Assembly (NCBI GenBank): GCA_965248265.1
Contig: CBDFJF010000002.1
Location: forward strand, 1,408,001-1,472,000
Direction of reading: 5' to 3'
Origin: Candidatus Latescibacterota bacterium
Lineage (GTDB): Bacteria; Latescibacterota; UBA2968; UBA8231
DNA: 64,000 bases
Shown here: positions 36,290 through 45,834 of the stretch, in pieces
Position numbering within the stretch: the stretch's first letter is position 1
How the letters are laid out: each line of letters begins with the position of its first letter
Program-made: the position numbers and the translations under genes
The notes under the pieces: model-generated
What the model saw: only the letters and a program-made list of their open reading frames with translations
The model's database searches: none
Told to the model about the DNA's origin: nothing

Positions 36290-37083
36290 AGATCGGGGCG
36301 ATAGCGTTTGGCGTAAAGGCGGGTGGCCAGGCTCGGATCGATGTTGGCGACGAGCAGGCCTTCCCGCCTGTAGGGGATGTGGTCAATCAACTCACTGTCC
36401 GGATCGATCAGGCTGGTTGCTGAGTTCTGGTATTTCATGGCCTGATTGACGCTGGCGAAGTAGATGCTGTTTTCGCCTGCCCGGCATTGCATGGCCTTCT
36501 CGTAGAACGTGTTCCCCCATTTGCCGGGTCTGTGTCCAACCTTGTCACTGCCCGTGACCTGCGGGTTGAAGACGATGCGGGCCCCGTGGACGGCCGCCCA
36601 GCGCACCGTTTCCGGATATCGCCAGGCTTCGTGGCAGATGGACAGGCCGAATTTTACGCCCTTTACCGTGAACATCCGGCGCTGACCGTCGGCCACGTAG
36701 TTCTCGGATTCCCCACCGGGCGTGATCTGGTTCTTGGTCTGGTGACCGAGAATGCGACCAGCCGCGGAGATGACGGTGGCGCGGTTTTCGAGGCCGAGTG
36801 CGGAGCGCCATTCCATGCCGATGATGGCCATTACCCCGTTGTCGCGGCAGGCGGATCGCAGCTGGGCTAACGCCGTTTCCATCACGGGCTGATCCGGATC
36901 GGGCAGGTCGAAGTCCGCACCTCTCAGGCCCGGGAGGTAGGTTTCGGGTGTGCAGACTATGTCGATGCGGCGCCTTTTGCACTCGCGCAGGACTGATATG
37001 AGTTTGTCGACGCCAGCAGGCACGCTGGCCGGTTGCTCGAGAGCGGCGAGGCCGATGCGGAGCCTCCCGGGATTGGTGCTCAT
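36280..37083 (-). CDS. Carbon-nitrogen hydrolase (nitrilase superfamily)
   Basis: Triad PE / K / ICHE.WRYPE; RA.ENSIY. Confidence 0.88.
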   Translation of the reverse strand: MSTNPGRLRIGLAALEQPASVPAGVDKLISVLRECKRRRIDIVCTPETYLPGLRGADFDLPDPDQPVMETALAQLRSACRDNGVMAIIGMEWRSALGLENRATVISAAGRILGHQTKNQITPGGESENYVADGQRRMFTVKGVKFGLSICHEAWRYPETVRWAAVHGARIVFNPQVTGSDKVGHRPGKWGNTFYEKAMQCRAGENSIYFASVNQAMKYQNSATSLIDPDSELIDHIPYRREGLLVANIDPSLATRLYAKRYRPDLYP

Positions 37084-37724
37084 GGCGTGGGAAAGGTGCC
37101 AGTGATTGCTGCGGAGCCGGTCTGCGACGGGTCACTACCTCCATTTCCGTTGCCGCTGCCATCGCCGTTACCACCGCCCGGGGTAGCGTCATCCCCGCCC
37201 TGGGTTGCGTACCAGGCTGCCCCGCCGCCCGCACCCAGTACCAGCAACCACCACGGCACGCCGGTACTGCCTCCGTCGGCAGGCACCAATTCACGCGCGA
37301 GACGACGCATCTCCCTCTTTCTCAGACGCTCAATATCGTAGTCTACTTTGCGGGTAGTTTTGGCGAACGTAAAGTCGTTTTTTACTTCGTAGAGCAACCC
37401 CTGGATATGGACCTTGTCGCCGACCCGGCGGATGCTGCCGCTGACGACCCACGCGGTCCCCAGCGCGCGGCCGACGGCCTGCAGGCAGGAGTCGTCACAG
37501 GTTGCGGTGTCGAGGCCCTTGCCCTCGAGGAAGGCGTAGAGATCGGAGCGTTCGACCATATCGAAACGGTCCATTTCGTCGAATTCGTACCGCAGCCGCT
37601 GCGACAACAGCAAGGCTTCCGTGTGGTCGAAGGAAGACGCCACCAGGTCCAGTACCGCCATGCGGTCGCGGGCCTCGGCAGTTACCGTCAACAGCGACAG
37701 GCATACGAACAACAGCGGCTTCAT
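37080..37724 (-). CDS. Secreted CsgG/TolB-N-like domain protein with C-terminal TM and Gly-rich tail
   Basis: Signal peptide, AVLDL, F.MVER, C...C...VG.AL, VSGSI; WWLLVLGAGGGAA hydrophobic segment. Confidence 0.65.
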   Translation of the reverse strand: MKPLLFVCLSLLTVTAEARDRMAVLDLVASSFDHTEALLLSQRLRYEFDEMDRFDMVERSDLYAFLEGKGLDTATCDDSCLQAVGRALGTAWVVSGSIRRVGDKVHIQGLLYEVKNDFTFAKTTRKVDYDIERLRKREMRRLARELVPADGGSTGVPWWLLVLGAGGGAAWYATQGGDDATPGGGNGDGSGNGNGGSDPSQTGSAAITGTFPTP

Positions 37725-38722
37725 GGGGAGCGCACCAGCACGACCTCGTCGAGGTTGCGATCGCTGATGGCGGCACCGACGACGGATCCGATCTGCAGCA
37801 ACCCGGCCTTGCCGATGCCGCTGAGCTCGGTGAGTTCGTCTACGGCGGTGCCGGCGGCATCCTCGGCGGCCAGGGGGACACCCAACGTCAACGACGGTCC
37901 TCTGAGTCGCAGCTGGTCGTCGATGATAGAGCAGGTGAAGGCCAGTTCGAACTCCGAGCCCTCACCCAAATCCTCCTCGAGGATGCCGACGTCGATGCGA
38001 CCGATCAATGGCAGGGAGCCGAATAGCTCGATGTCCAGTTGATCGAAGTCGAGGTCCAGGGTACCGTCACCGGGCGTCCATACGCCGGACAGAACGAGGG
38101 TGCCACCGTCGAATTGATCGAGCTGCCCGAAGTCGACCCCCTGGAGCTCATCCAGCTGTCGGAGGGCACTCAGGAAGGCGCCGCTGATACGATTAGAGAA
38201 ACGGCCATCAGAGTTGAAGGTGTAAGTAAACTCGAAGTCATCGGTGGCACCGACCTCGAGCTGCCAGGTGCCGACGAGTTCGAGCGCTTTCGGAAAAAGC
38301 GGGGCGTCGCCGAAGTCACCGTCGACGTCAGCTGAGCCCGAGACCGGTAAGAGTTGAATCCGCACGTTAGTGGTGACGCCCGCTTCAATGGTGGCGCTCG
38401 CCGAACCGGTGTGACTCAATTCGCCAGTTGTATCATAAGCGTTCAGGGTAAAGAGTCTGTCCGTGCCGGGCGGAATACCGGTGATGGTGCCGCTGGCGGC
38501 ATTGCCGACAATGGGCAGGGTACCGCTCATCGTCGTCATGTCCGCGGCTGAGACCGTGTACTCGACGCGCGCGACGGTCTGCTGAAGGGCTTTCGGAATA
38601 GGCAGGCTCATGGACACCGAGCCTTCGCCTGACCTGTCTTGAGGTCCGGAGAGTCTGTCGCCCTGCGAACCGCAGGAGAAAACGGTGAGCAGCAGGCAGA
38701 GAGAAGTCAGGGGTCGTTTCAT
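37721..38722 (-). CDS. Lipoprotein with N-terminal beta-sandwich and acidic C-terminal domain
   Basis: Lipobox VFSC; GIPPG..R.FTL.AY; LVGTW. Confidence 0.7.
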   Translation of the reverse strand: MKRPLTSLCLLLTVFSCGSQGDRLSGPQDRSGEGSVSMSLPIPKALQQTVARVEYTVSAADMTTMSGTLPIVGNAASGTITGIPPGTDRLFTLNAYDTTGELSHTGSASATIEAGVTTNVRIQLLPVSGSADVDGDFGDAPLFPKALELVGTWQLEVGATDDFEFTYTFNSDGRFSNRISGAFLSALRQLDELQGVDFGQLDQFDGGTLVLSGVWTPGDGTLDLDFDQLDIELFGSLPLIGRIDVGILEEDLGEGSEFELAFTCSIIDDQLRLRGPSLTLGVPLAAEDAAGTAVDELTELSGIGKAGLLQIGSVVGAAISDRNLDEVVLVRSP

Positions 38723-38818
38723 GTCAGCGATATGCTCCGTGTCGATGAACGGCGCCGTACGTCGGCGCGTCGAATCAGACTGACAATACTAAGGCCGCGG
38801 ACGTCGCGCCACTCGCAT

Positions 38819-39919
38819 TCACCCGGGGTAGAGTTTTTCCACGTTGCCACCCATGAGTCCAGCGCGTTCGTCGTCGGTGAGAAAATCGGTCTGAGTCTCG
38901 TAGAGGATGCGCGACTGACGGTAGGTCGTCACCTTTTCACATCCGGGCATGTCCGACCCCCACATCAGCTTGTGGGCGCCGACGGACTCTGACAGGTCGC
39001 GGATGACCTTTGATGCCGCCGGATGATACGGCGCGAACTCGACGTCGTGCAGCATCTTGTGAATCATCAATTCGATGTGCCAGTTCGGCAGTGAGATCAG
39101 ATCGATGATCGGTGGGGGAATGTCGAAGCGATCCGGGCGGTCGATGTCGATTCTCAGGTTCTCGAGACCATGCGTCAGCACGGATGGAATATGCGGATGG
39201 GCGCGGCCCCACCGGGCGAATTCATCGATCTCGCTCAGGTACTGCTCCAACCGGGGCTGCTTGCGGTTGGCCGCCATCCAATGGACGGGAATGCCAAGGT
39301 CGGCGACCAATGTCCACAGCTGCTCCAGGATGTCGTCGTTGATGCCGAAGGCGAAGTCATTGTGACAGAAACCGCCGGTCGAGAAGTAGAGGCCGGCGAA
39401 GCCAAGGTCTTCGACCTCATGTTCCAGGCGCTCCAACTCACCAGGCTCGCCAGCACGCCACTCATCAACCTGCGCCAGGACGACCAACCGGTCCGGGTAT
39501 TCGCGGACGGCGTCGGCGAGGTAGTCATCGAGGCGACCGTAGAGTCTGTCGTGCTGAATGACCGCCCGATCGATGCCGGCGAAATCCATCTGCGCTATTA
39601 CCTGCTCGGGAGGCGAAGAGAGGTCGGGGTAGGATGGTGGGCCGTGCTGAAAGTAGTAGTCCTCACCTTCGTAAGTCAGCAACACTCTGCCGTACCAACC
39701 GATACGGAAATCGAGGTCCGGCAGTGACGAAATATCGCCGTCACCTTCACCGACCATGATTGGCTCCAGGAGGGGCTCGTTGTCCCGTACCCGGCGGTAG
39801 CCCCCGGGACCGGGGAAGCGGACATGGTACTGCAACTCTTTCATGCAGTTGTCGTCGAATACTTCACCATGGAGCATGGACGGGAAGATGTGCGAATGGG
39901 CATCGAAGATGATGGGCAT
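38819..39919 (-). CDS. Amidohydrolase family 2 protein
   Basis: IFDAHSH, MD.AGIDRAV, LTHG, LMWGSD.P, MGGN. Confidence 0.88.
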   Translation of the reverse strand: MPIIFDAHSHIFPSMLHGEVFDDNCMKELQYHVRFPGPGGYRRVRDNEPLLEPIMVGEGDGDISSLPDLDFRIGWYGRVLLTYEGEDYYFQHGPPSYPDLSSPPEQVIAQMDFAGIDRAVIQHDRLYGRLDDYLADAVREYPDRLVVLAQVDEWRAGEPGELERLEHEVEDLGFAGLYFSTGGFCHNDFAFGINDDILEQLWTLVADLGIPVHWMAANRKQPRLEQYLSEIDEFARWGRAHPHIPSVLTHGLENLRIDIDRPDRFDIPPPIIDLISLPNWHIELMIHKMLHDVEFAPYHPAASKVIRDLSESVGAHKLMWGSDMPGCEKVTTYRQSRILYETQTDFLTDDERAGLMGGNVEKLYPG

Positions 39920-40103
39920 GACATGGGACTCCAAGACGAGACTCTTAACGTTAATACGCGCAGTAAGTTACCAATGTTGCTCCCCAGTGCAATCGGAGCC
40001 CGGGGTAGCTCGTGCGGGCCCAGGAATTGATGGGACGGGGTCACTTTCGGAACTTATACCGGTGAAGGGAAGTTTGAAAATTCAGAGAGCGACTACTGGA
40101 GAA

Positions 40104-41129
40104 ATGATGACGGGGAACGGCAAAACGCGCATCGGGGTGATGGGGTTCGGGGAAATCGGCCGGCAGATCTATCATCTCGCCGCCGAGAGTGACGATATCG
40201 AGGTAGTGGCGATTTCGGATCTGGGGAAACCCGAGATTCTGCATTATCTATTGGACACCGCATCGATTCAGAGCCCCGGAGTAGAACTGGACGGAAATTA
40301 CCTCAGGAACCCGAAATTCAACACCCGGGTGATGCAGACTGACAGGCCAGCGGAGACCCCCTGGGACCTGATCGATGTGGATATGGTCGTCGACACCACA
40401 CACAAGTTCCAATCTCCCGAGGATATGCAGGGCCATCTAGACAACGGCGCGCATCGCGTATTGATCTCCACCGTGCCGGCCGACCATATCGATCGATTGC
40501 TTATTCCCGGTATCAATGAAGAGGGTGCTGACAGTGAGGATCGAATGATTTCCGCTGGGTCGGCGACGACGGTGGCGCTGGCGTTGGTGCTCAAGGTGTT
40601 GAGCGATGAGTTTCCGATCGAAGCGGCCAGTGCGACCTCCGTGCACGCCTATACCAGTGACCAGCCGGTGCAGGACTATGCGGGCAAGGATTTTCGCCGC
40701 AGCCGCTCAGGGGCGGAGAATATCATCCCCAATACCATCGATTCCATCCCCTGGGTAGAGCGCTCGCTGCCCTCGACAAAGGGGAAACTCAGTGGCCATG
40801 CACTTAACGTTCCAGTGCAGAAGGGTTCTCTTCTGGACCTGAGCATCGTTTTCGAGAAGGATGCAGTCGGCGCGGACGAGGTCAACGAGGCGATGCTGAG
40901 TGCACGAACAACCTACGCCGGCAAGATCGATGTGGTGGAGGATCCGATCGTCTCCTCTGACGTCATAGGCAACCGTCATTCGGTACTGTTTGATATGAAG
41001 GGGACGCTCAAGGGCGGGCAGAGAATGGTAAAGACGCTGAGCTGGTACGAAAGCCTCGGGCACGCCTGCCGACTGTTGGACGTAGTCAGAATATACTCGG
41101 GGTTGAACGTTGCGGGAGGTAAGCGATAA
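40104..41129 (+). CDS. GAPDH-like protein lacking the catalytic cysteine (probable pseudoenzyme)
   Basis: Full-length GAPDH fold: GFGEIGR, ISAGSATT (canonical SNASCTT), VHAYT.DQ, RRSR..AENIIP, IVSSD.IG, WY. Confidence 0.85.
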   Translation: MMTGNGKTRIGVMGFGEIGRQIYHLAAESDDIEVVAISDLGKPEILHYLLDTASIQSPGVELDGNYLRNPKFNTRVMQTDRPAETPWDLIDVDMVVDTTHKFQSPEDMQGHLDNGAHRVLISTVPADHIDRLLIPGINEEGADSEDRMISAGSATTVALALVLKVLSDEFPIEAASATSVHAYTSDQPVQDYAGKDFRRSRSGAENIIPNTIDSIPWVERSLPSTKGKLSGHALNVPVQKGSLLDLSIVFEKDAVGADEVNEAMLSARTTYAGKIDVVEDPIVSSDVIGNRHSVLFDMKGTLKGGQRMVKTLSWYESLGHACRLLDVVRIYSGLNVAGGKR

Positions 41130-42130
41130 TGCGTGTGGCCATCAATGGCTTCGGTCGCATCGGACGTTCCGTGTTCCGGATTCTGGACAACCGTGATGAT
41201 GTCGATGTCGTCGCCATCAACGATCTGGGGGATCACGAAGCGCTGCGTTACCTGCTCAACTACGACACCGTCATGGGGACATTCGGTAAAGACCTGCGCT
41301 TGGAGGATGGCTACCTGATTACTCCCGATTCTCGCGTGAAGCTGCTCAAGGAGAGGGAACCGGAGAGCCTGCCCTGGGCGGATTTCGGCGTCGACGTCGC
41401 GATCGAGTCGACGGGAGTCTTCCGCGCCCGCGAGCAAGTGGCCAGGCATCTGGCGGCCGGCGCCACGCGTGCCATTCTCACGGTGCCATCGAAGGATGAG
41501 ATCGACTACACGGTGGTTCTGGGGGTCAACGAGGACGGACTGAAACCGGAACACCAGATCATCTCGAATGCCAGCTGCACCACCAACTGTCTGGCACCCA
41601 TGGCCAAGGTGTTGAACGATTCCTTCGGCATCGTCGAGGGCCTGATCAATACCGTGCACGCCTACACCAACGACCAGCGGCTGGCGGATGTGCCGCACGA
41701 AGACTGGCGTCGCAGTCGCGCCGCCGCCGAGAATATCATTCCAACCTCCACGGGCGCAGCCAAGGCGGTAGGAGAGGTGTTGCCCGAACTCAAGGGCAAG
41801 CTCGACGGCATCGCGGCCAGGGTACCGGTGCCGGACGGGTCAGTGGTCGATCTGTTCGTGGAGCTGTCGCAGCCTGTGACGGTGGAGGATATCCACGCGG
41901 CGGTGCGCGGCGCGTCAGAAACTGACCGCATGCAGGGGATTCTGCAGTACGCCGACAAGCCGGTGGTCTCGAGGGACATCATCGGCAACCGCCATTCATC
42001 CATCTACGACGCCGCATTCACGGATGTTTCGGGGGGGCGGTTCGTCAAGGCGCTCAACTGGTACGACAACGAGTGGGGGTACTCCAATCGGGTATGTGAC
42101 CTGCTGGGGTTGATTCAGAACCGGTTTTAA
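41129..42130 (+). CDS. gap: Type I glyceraldehyde-3-phosphate dehydrogenase
   Basis: AINGFGRIGR, SNASCTTNCLAP, VHAYT, PTSTGAAKA, RVP, WYDNEWGYS; TAATG overlap with upstream gene. Confidence 0.97.
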   Translation: MRVAINGFGRIGRSVFRILDNRDDVDVVAINDLGDHEALRYLLNYDTVMGTFGKDLRLEDGYLITPDSRVKLLKEREPESLPWADFGVDVAIESTGVFRAREQVARHLAAGATRAILTVPSKDEIDYTVVLGVNEDGLKPEHQIISNASCTTNCLAPMAKVLNDSFGIVEGLINTVHAYTNDQRLADVPHEDWRRSRAAAENIIPTSTGAAKAVGEVLPELKGKLDGIAARVPVPDGSVVDLFVELSQPVTVEDIHAAVRGASETDRMQGILQYADKPVVSRDIIGNRHSSIYDAAFTDVSGGRFVKALNWYDNEWGYSNRVCDLLGLIQNRF

Positions 42131-42167
42131 CTCGCCAATGTCCTCGCCACCAGCTCTCCCACAGTAG

Positions 42168-42902
42168 ATGCCCAGCCAATCGCTGCGTGAAGTGATTCCG
42201 GCCGACGCCAAAGACACAGGGCCGACGTTACAGCGGGTAAGGGTTCTTTCAACCTGGCTCTCTTCCAGCTGGGAGCACACGGGGTCCGATCGCGATGGCC
42301 AGTATGCGCCCTGGGATGCGGAAACGTTGCTGTCATGGGGGCCCGCCCAGATCGGCCACGACGGCAAGCGCCCGGTGGCCATGTGTGTGCACTACGCGGC
42401 GGCCTTGGTCAGTGCCGCGCAGGTGATCGGAATACCGGCGAGGTGCGCCGTTCTCACAGGCGGGGTGAACCAGATGAATGGTCACTTTGTCGCGGAGATT
42501 TGGGTGGAGGAACTGGACAAGTGGGTGGTGGTCGATCCGAACACGGACGCGCTCTTCGTCCGCGACGGAGTGCCGATGTCGATGACGCAGATCCAGGAGG
42601 TTGGTGAGGAGATCGGCGGGTTGATCGAATGGGGTCCAGGCTCAACGTTCCAGCGCGGATTCCCTCACATGGTCGAATTCATCCGCGACAATCTGGAGAA
42701 GGGGGTTTGCTTCGGCCATCGCAGCGTCTGGTTCCGTTCCGATCTGCTGGCTCACCCGCAGTTCTCACCGCCGGAGCATGGATCCTTGAGTTACTGCGAG
42801 ACCGGCCTGGTGTGGGAGAAACGGGATCTCGACCGCGGCTTTGGCATGTTCCCCTGCTTCGGGGATGAGGAGTATTTCGACGCGCGACCGGTGAAGGCAT
42901 AG
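42168..42902 (+). CDS. Transglutaminase-like domain protein (possibly 5'-truncated)
   Basis: C-H-D triad: MCVHYA...GIPAR, GHFVAEIW, WVVVDP. Confidence 0.7.
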   Translation: MPSQSLREVIPADAKDTGPTLQRVRVLSTWLSSSWEHTGSDRDGQYAPWDAETLLSWGPAQIGHDGKRPVAMCVHYAAALVSAAQVIGIPARCAVLTGGVNQMNGHFVAEIWVEELDKWVVVDPNTDALFVRDGVPMSMTQIQEVGEEIGGLIEWGPGSTFQRGFPHMVEFIRDNLEKGVCFGHRSVWFRSDLLAHPQFSPPEHGSLSYCETGLVWEKRDLDRGFGMFPCFGDEEYFDARPVKA

Positions 42903-42906
42903 TGAC

Positions 42907-44325
42907 TTACCGCCACTTCATCGCGGCTATCTGCCCCTGGCGGGCGTAGTCCGTCGCCTCGGCCAGGATTCTGGCTGCTTCCTGCGGTGCATGAAAACCC
43001 ATCGAGTTCTCGGCTGCAATAAAGTCGAGTCGCCACTGGGCCTTGCGTTGCAGGCTCAGCGCTGGTGCCAGATCCTCTTGTGAAGCGCCCGACGTCCTGG
43101 CAGATGCGATCGCATCGAGCAGGTCCATGAGGGCGGCGCCGGATCGCTGCAGCAGATCGAAGTTTCGCTGCTGAATTCCGTCCACCCGCTGTTTGATCTC
43201 CTCCTCGGAAAAATGATGGCAGGTCTGGCAAGCCCGGTTGATGTTGAGCAGGGGGCTCCGGACCCAGTGGTCGGAGATTTTGGTGGCGCCATCTCGCATG
43301 TAGGGCATGTGACAGTCCGCGCAGGCCACACCGCTGCGGGCATGGATGCCCTGGCTCCATAATTCGAACTCGGGATGCTGAGCTTTGAGAATCCTGGCTC
43401 CGGTCTCTTTGTGTTCGTAATCGTAAAACTGATCGCCGTCGGGAAACGTGGTATCATCCCAGAACATTTCAGTCTCTTCGACCTTCAAGCCGTTGCCCCA
43501 TGGAAAGGTCAGTTTCATGTTGCTGGCACAGTAGTACTCGACGTGACACTGACCGCACACAAATGAGCGCATTTCAGTCCGCGACGCCTCGATGTTGGGG
43601 TCGTAGGCCTCGGACCGCTGTCCCTGACGCCAGCGTTCGACCGACTGCAGGTGTGGCACCGGGGCGTCTGACTCGGCCAGCATACGGATCCCCTGAATGA
43701 AGCCAGGCCGGGTGACGCGCAGTCGCATATTCTTCGGGTCATGACAGTCAACGCATGACACGGAATGGCCATTGCCCCCATCGTGGAGCATCTGATTCAG
43801 CTCCTGGTACGAATAGGCGTAGGTCTTCTCAAATCCCTTCATGGCGTCACCGTCGCCGAGTTCCCGGTAGAGGGGCATGATGGAAGCGTGGCAATGCAGA
43901 CACGAACCAGACTGAGGCTTCGACTGGCGTTCGGTGTTTTCCTGGTCATCGAGCATGTAGGCATGGCCGCGTCGATCGCGGTAATCGATGGAGAACGCGT
44001 AGCCGAGGAACATCCGCTTCAACCAGGGGTCACGCTCAATCTTCTGTTCGGGAAGGGCCTCACTGCCACCGTGTCCACCAAAGCGCGTGCGGGTGGCGAG
44101 GGCAGTGCGTTTGTATGAATCGTATTGTCGCGGCCAGTTCGCCGCCCAAGTTTCCGGATCGGTGGTATCCTCGGTTACTTCGACGAGGCGAACGTAGGCG
44201 TTCCTGGCTTCGGATTTGCGCTCGATGATGTTGACGAGCAGTCCCGCAACCAGGGCGCTGACGATGGCTACGGTGGTGAGAATCAATACGAAGTTCAGCC
44301 TGCCGCGCTTTTCAGTCTCGCTCAT
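42907..44325 (-). CDS. nrfA: Ammonia-forming cytochrome c nitrite reductase catalytic subunit (CXXCH-type heme 1)
   Basis: RRGHAY, five CXXCH ([32 protein letters not shown]), [18 protein letters not shown]. Confidence 0.95.
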   Translation of the reverse strand: MSETEKRGRLNFVLILTTVAIVSALVAGLLVNIIERKSEARNAYVRLVEVTEDTTDPETWAANWPRQYDSYKRTALATRTRFGGHGGSEALPEQKIERDPWLKRMFLGYAFSIDYRDRRGHAYMLDDQENTERQSKPQSGSCLHCHASIMPLYRELGDGDAMKGFEKTYAYSYQELNQMLHDGGNGHSVSCVDCHDPKNMRLRVTRPGFIQGIRMLAESDAPVPHLQSVERWRQGQRSEAYDPNIEASRTEMRSFVCGQCHVEYYCASNMKLTFPWGNGLKVEETEMFWDDTTFPDGDQFYDYEHKETGARILKAQHPEFELWSQGIHARSGVACADCHMPYMRDGATKISDHWVRSPLLNINRACQTCHHFSEEEIKQRVDGIQQRNFDLLQRSGAALMDLLDAIASARTSGASQEDLAPALSLQRKAQWRLDFIAAENSMGFHAPQEAARILAEATDYARQGQIAAMKWR

Positions 44326-44858
44326 TCCATCGCTCCATTCAGGTACACGCGTTGCGGACCACCCAGACCCACGGCCTCTCCGTGCCCGACGGACCGATGG
44401 CAGTGGATGCACTTCACGACATCGTCGTCCGTGGCGTTGAGCACCACTTCATGGACGAGGTCCTGGTGGCATTCGATACAGTTTTGTTGGAGGATCCGGC
44501 TATTCTTCTCGTTGATGAGAATCGGTTCGTGAAAATCCTGCAGAGTAAAGGCCTTCGAGTGGTTGTACCCGTTCTCGGCCTTGGCGATGTATTTACCAAT
44601 GAAATCGTGGGGCAGATGGCAGTCTATGCAGGCGGCAGCCGTATGATGGCTGGATTTCTGCCAGGAGTCGAACTGGGGTTTCATGATATGGCAGTTCATG
44701 CATGCGGCGGGGTCCTTGCTGAAATAGGACAGGCCTTCCGCGTAACGAGCAGTAAAGCCTCCCACGCCAATGAGAACACCAAGCGAACAGGCCAGTACGG
44801 CTGTGCCTGCGCCCAGGCCCAGGAGGCGCTTCTGATCCCACCGCTTGAGCGAATTCAC
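44322..44858 (-). CDS. nrfH: Tetraheme quinol dehydrogenase, small subunit of nitrite reductase
   Basis: TM anchor, DP.AC.NCHIM, W.KSSH, CIDCHLP, KAENG, CIECH, CIHCH..VGH. Confidence 0.93.
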   Translation of the reverse strand: MNSLKRWDQKRLLGLGAGTAVLACSLGVLIGVGGFTARYAEGLSYFSKDPAACMNCHIMKPQFDSWQKSSHHTAAACIDCHLPHDFIGKYIAKAENGYNHSKAFTLQDFHEPILINEKNSRILQQNCIECHQDLVHEVVLNATDDDVVKCIHCHRSVGHGEAVGLGGPQRVYLNGAME

Positions 44859-45670
44859 TCAGTTTTCGCCTGTATCGAGGGCTTGAGGGCATCGTAGCCC
44901 TCGGTGACCGCATCGTCAAATGCCATATCGGGAAAGGTCTCGATGGAAATGGCCTCGTCGAAGTCTATGTCTTTCAAAGCCTGCACCACTCTGGGGTAGT
45001 CGACGACGCCCCGTCCCGGAATCCTGTGTTCGAAGTCGGGCCAGGCGCCTTCGTAATCTTTGAGATGAGCGTGGACGATTCGCTTTCCCCATTGTTGGGC
45101 GACGTTCACTGGATCCAACCCGAGCAGCATGAGGTAGCAGGGGTCAAAGTTGATGCCGAAGTGCGGGCTGGCGACGTCGTCATGCAGCTGCAGGAATGAT
45201 TCGGGGGTCTCGGTGAGCCAGCCCTTCCACACACCGTCCACGGCGAGTTTGATCTCGCGCGCGGCGGCGTAATCGAGGGATTTTTTCAGGTAGTCGACGA
45301 CTCGCTGCCAGACTTCATCGCTGTCGCCTGTACCTTTTACGGGGCCGCCCATGTGGAAGACGACCAATGGGGCGCCGACCTCGACGGCCAGATCTACCGA
45401 GCCGTCAAGATCCAGAGGTTCCTCGGTGAAGAGGGAGTCGGTGAGGATGGCATGGGTGATGATGGCTTCGATGCGGAGGCCCAGGCGAGTGGCGGTGTCG
45501 CGCGTCAGACGGCGCAATTCGGGAGTAACGGAGAGTGGATCAGCCGAGTTGCCGTGCGTGCCGGATATGTCGATACCGTCGTAGCCTGACAGGGCGATCG
45601 TCTTGAGCGCCGCCTCCACAGACATCTCCATCTTGTCCGTGTAGCTGTATGTATAGAACGCGAGTCTCAT
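44855..45670 (-). CDS. Sugar-phosphate isomerase/epimerase (AP endonuclease-2 TIM barrel)
   Basis: GYDGIDI, GINFDP, HAHLKD, PG.G.VDY, ISIE. Confidence 0.88.
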   Translation of the reverse strand: MRLAFYTYSYTDKMEMSVEAALKTIALSGYDGIDISGTHGNSADPLSVTPELRRLTRDTATRLGLRIEAIITHAILTDSLFTEEPLDLDGSVDLAVEVGAPLVVFHMGGPVKGTGDSDEVWQRVVDYLKKSLDYAAAREIKLAVDGVWKGWLTETPESFLQLHDDVASPHFGINFDPCYLMLLGLDPVNVAQQWGKRIVHAHLKDYEGAWPDFEHRIPGRGVVDYPRVVQALKDIDFDEAISIETFPDMAFDDAVTEGYDALKPSIQAKTE

Positions 45671-45834
45671 CGTGCGCGAAATGTGGAACGTCGGCCGTGC
45701 ACCGGCAAGCCGCACTTGCCCAGTATCGACAACAGCCGTTATTGGCGTGGCAGCGGACCACTTAATCTGCGCACGTGTGCACCTCGCACGCGCGCCCACG
45801 GAAAACTCCGTGTTTCCCCGGCCAAGGACTTGTC

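Noticed and set aside
40040-40080. ECF-sigma promoter (GGAACTT) upstream of the GAPDH pair
   Set aside because: A -35-like heptamer is present but there is no convincing -10 element and no second example
40104-41129. Erythrose-4-phosphate dehydrogenase (epd) or an ordinary pseudogene
   Set aside because: Epd keeps the catalytic Cys; this frame is uninterrupted with selectively conserved blocks
42127-42190. Minus-strand C-terminal remnant (HAAIGWASTVGELVARTLAS*)
   Set aside because: Too short to assign and overlaps the start of the transglutaminase-like ORF
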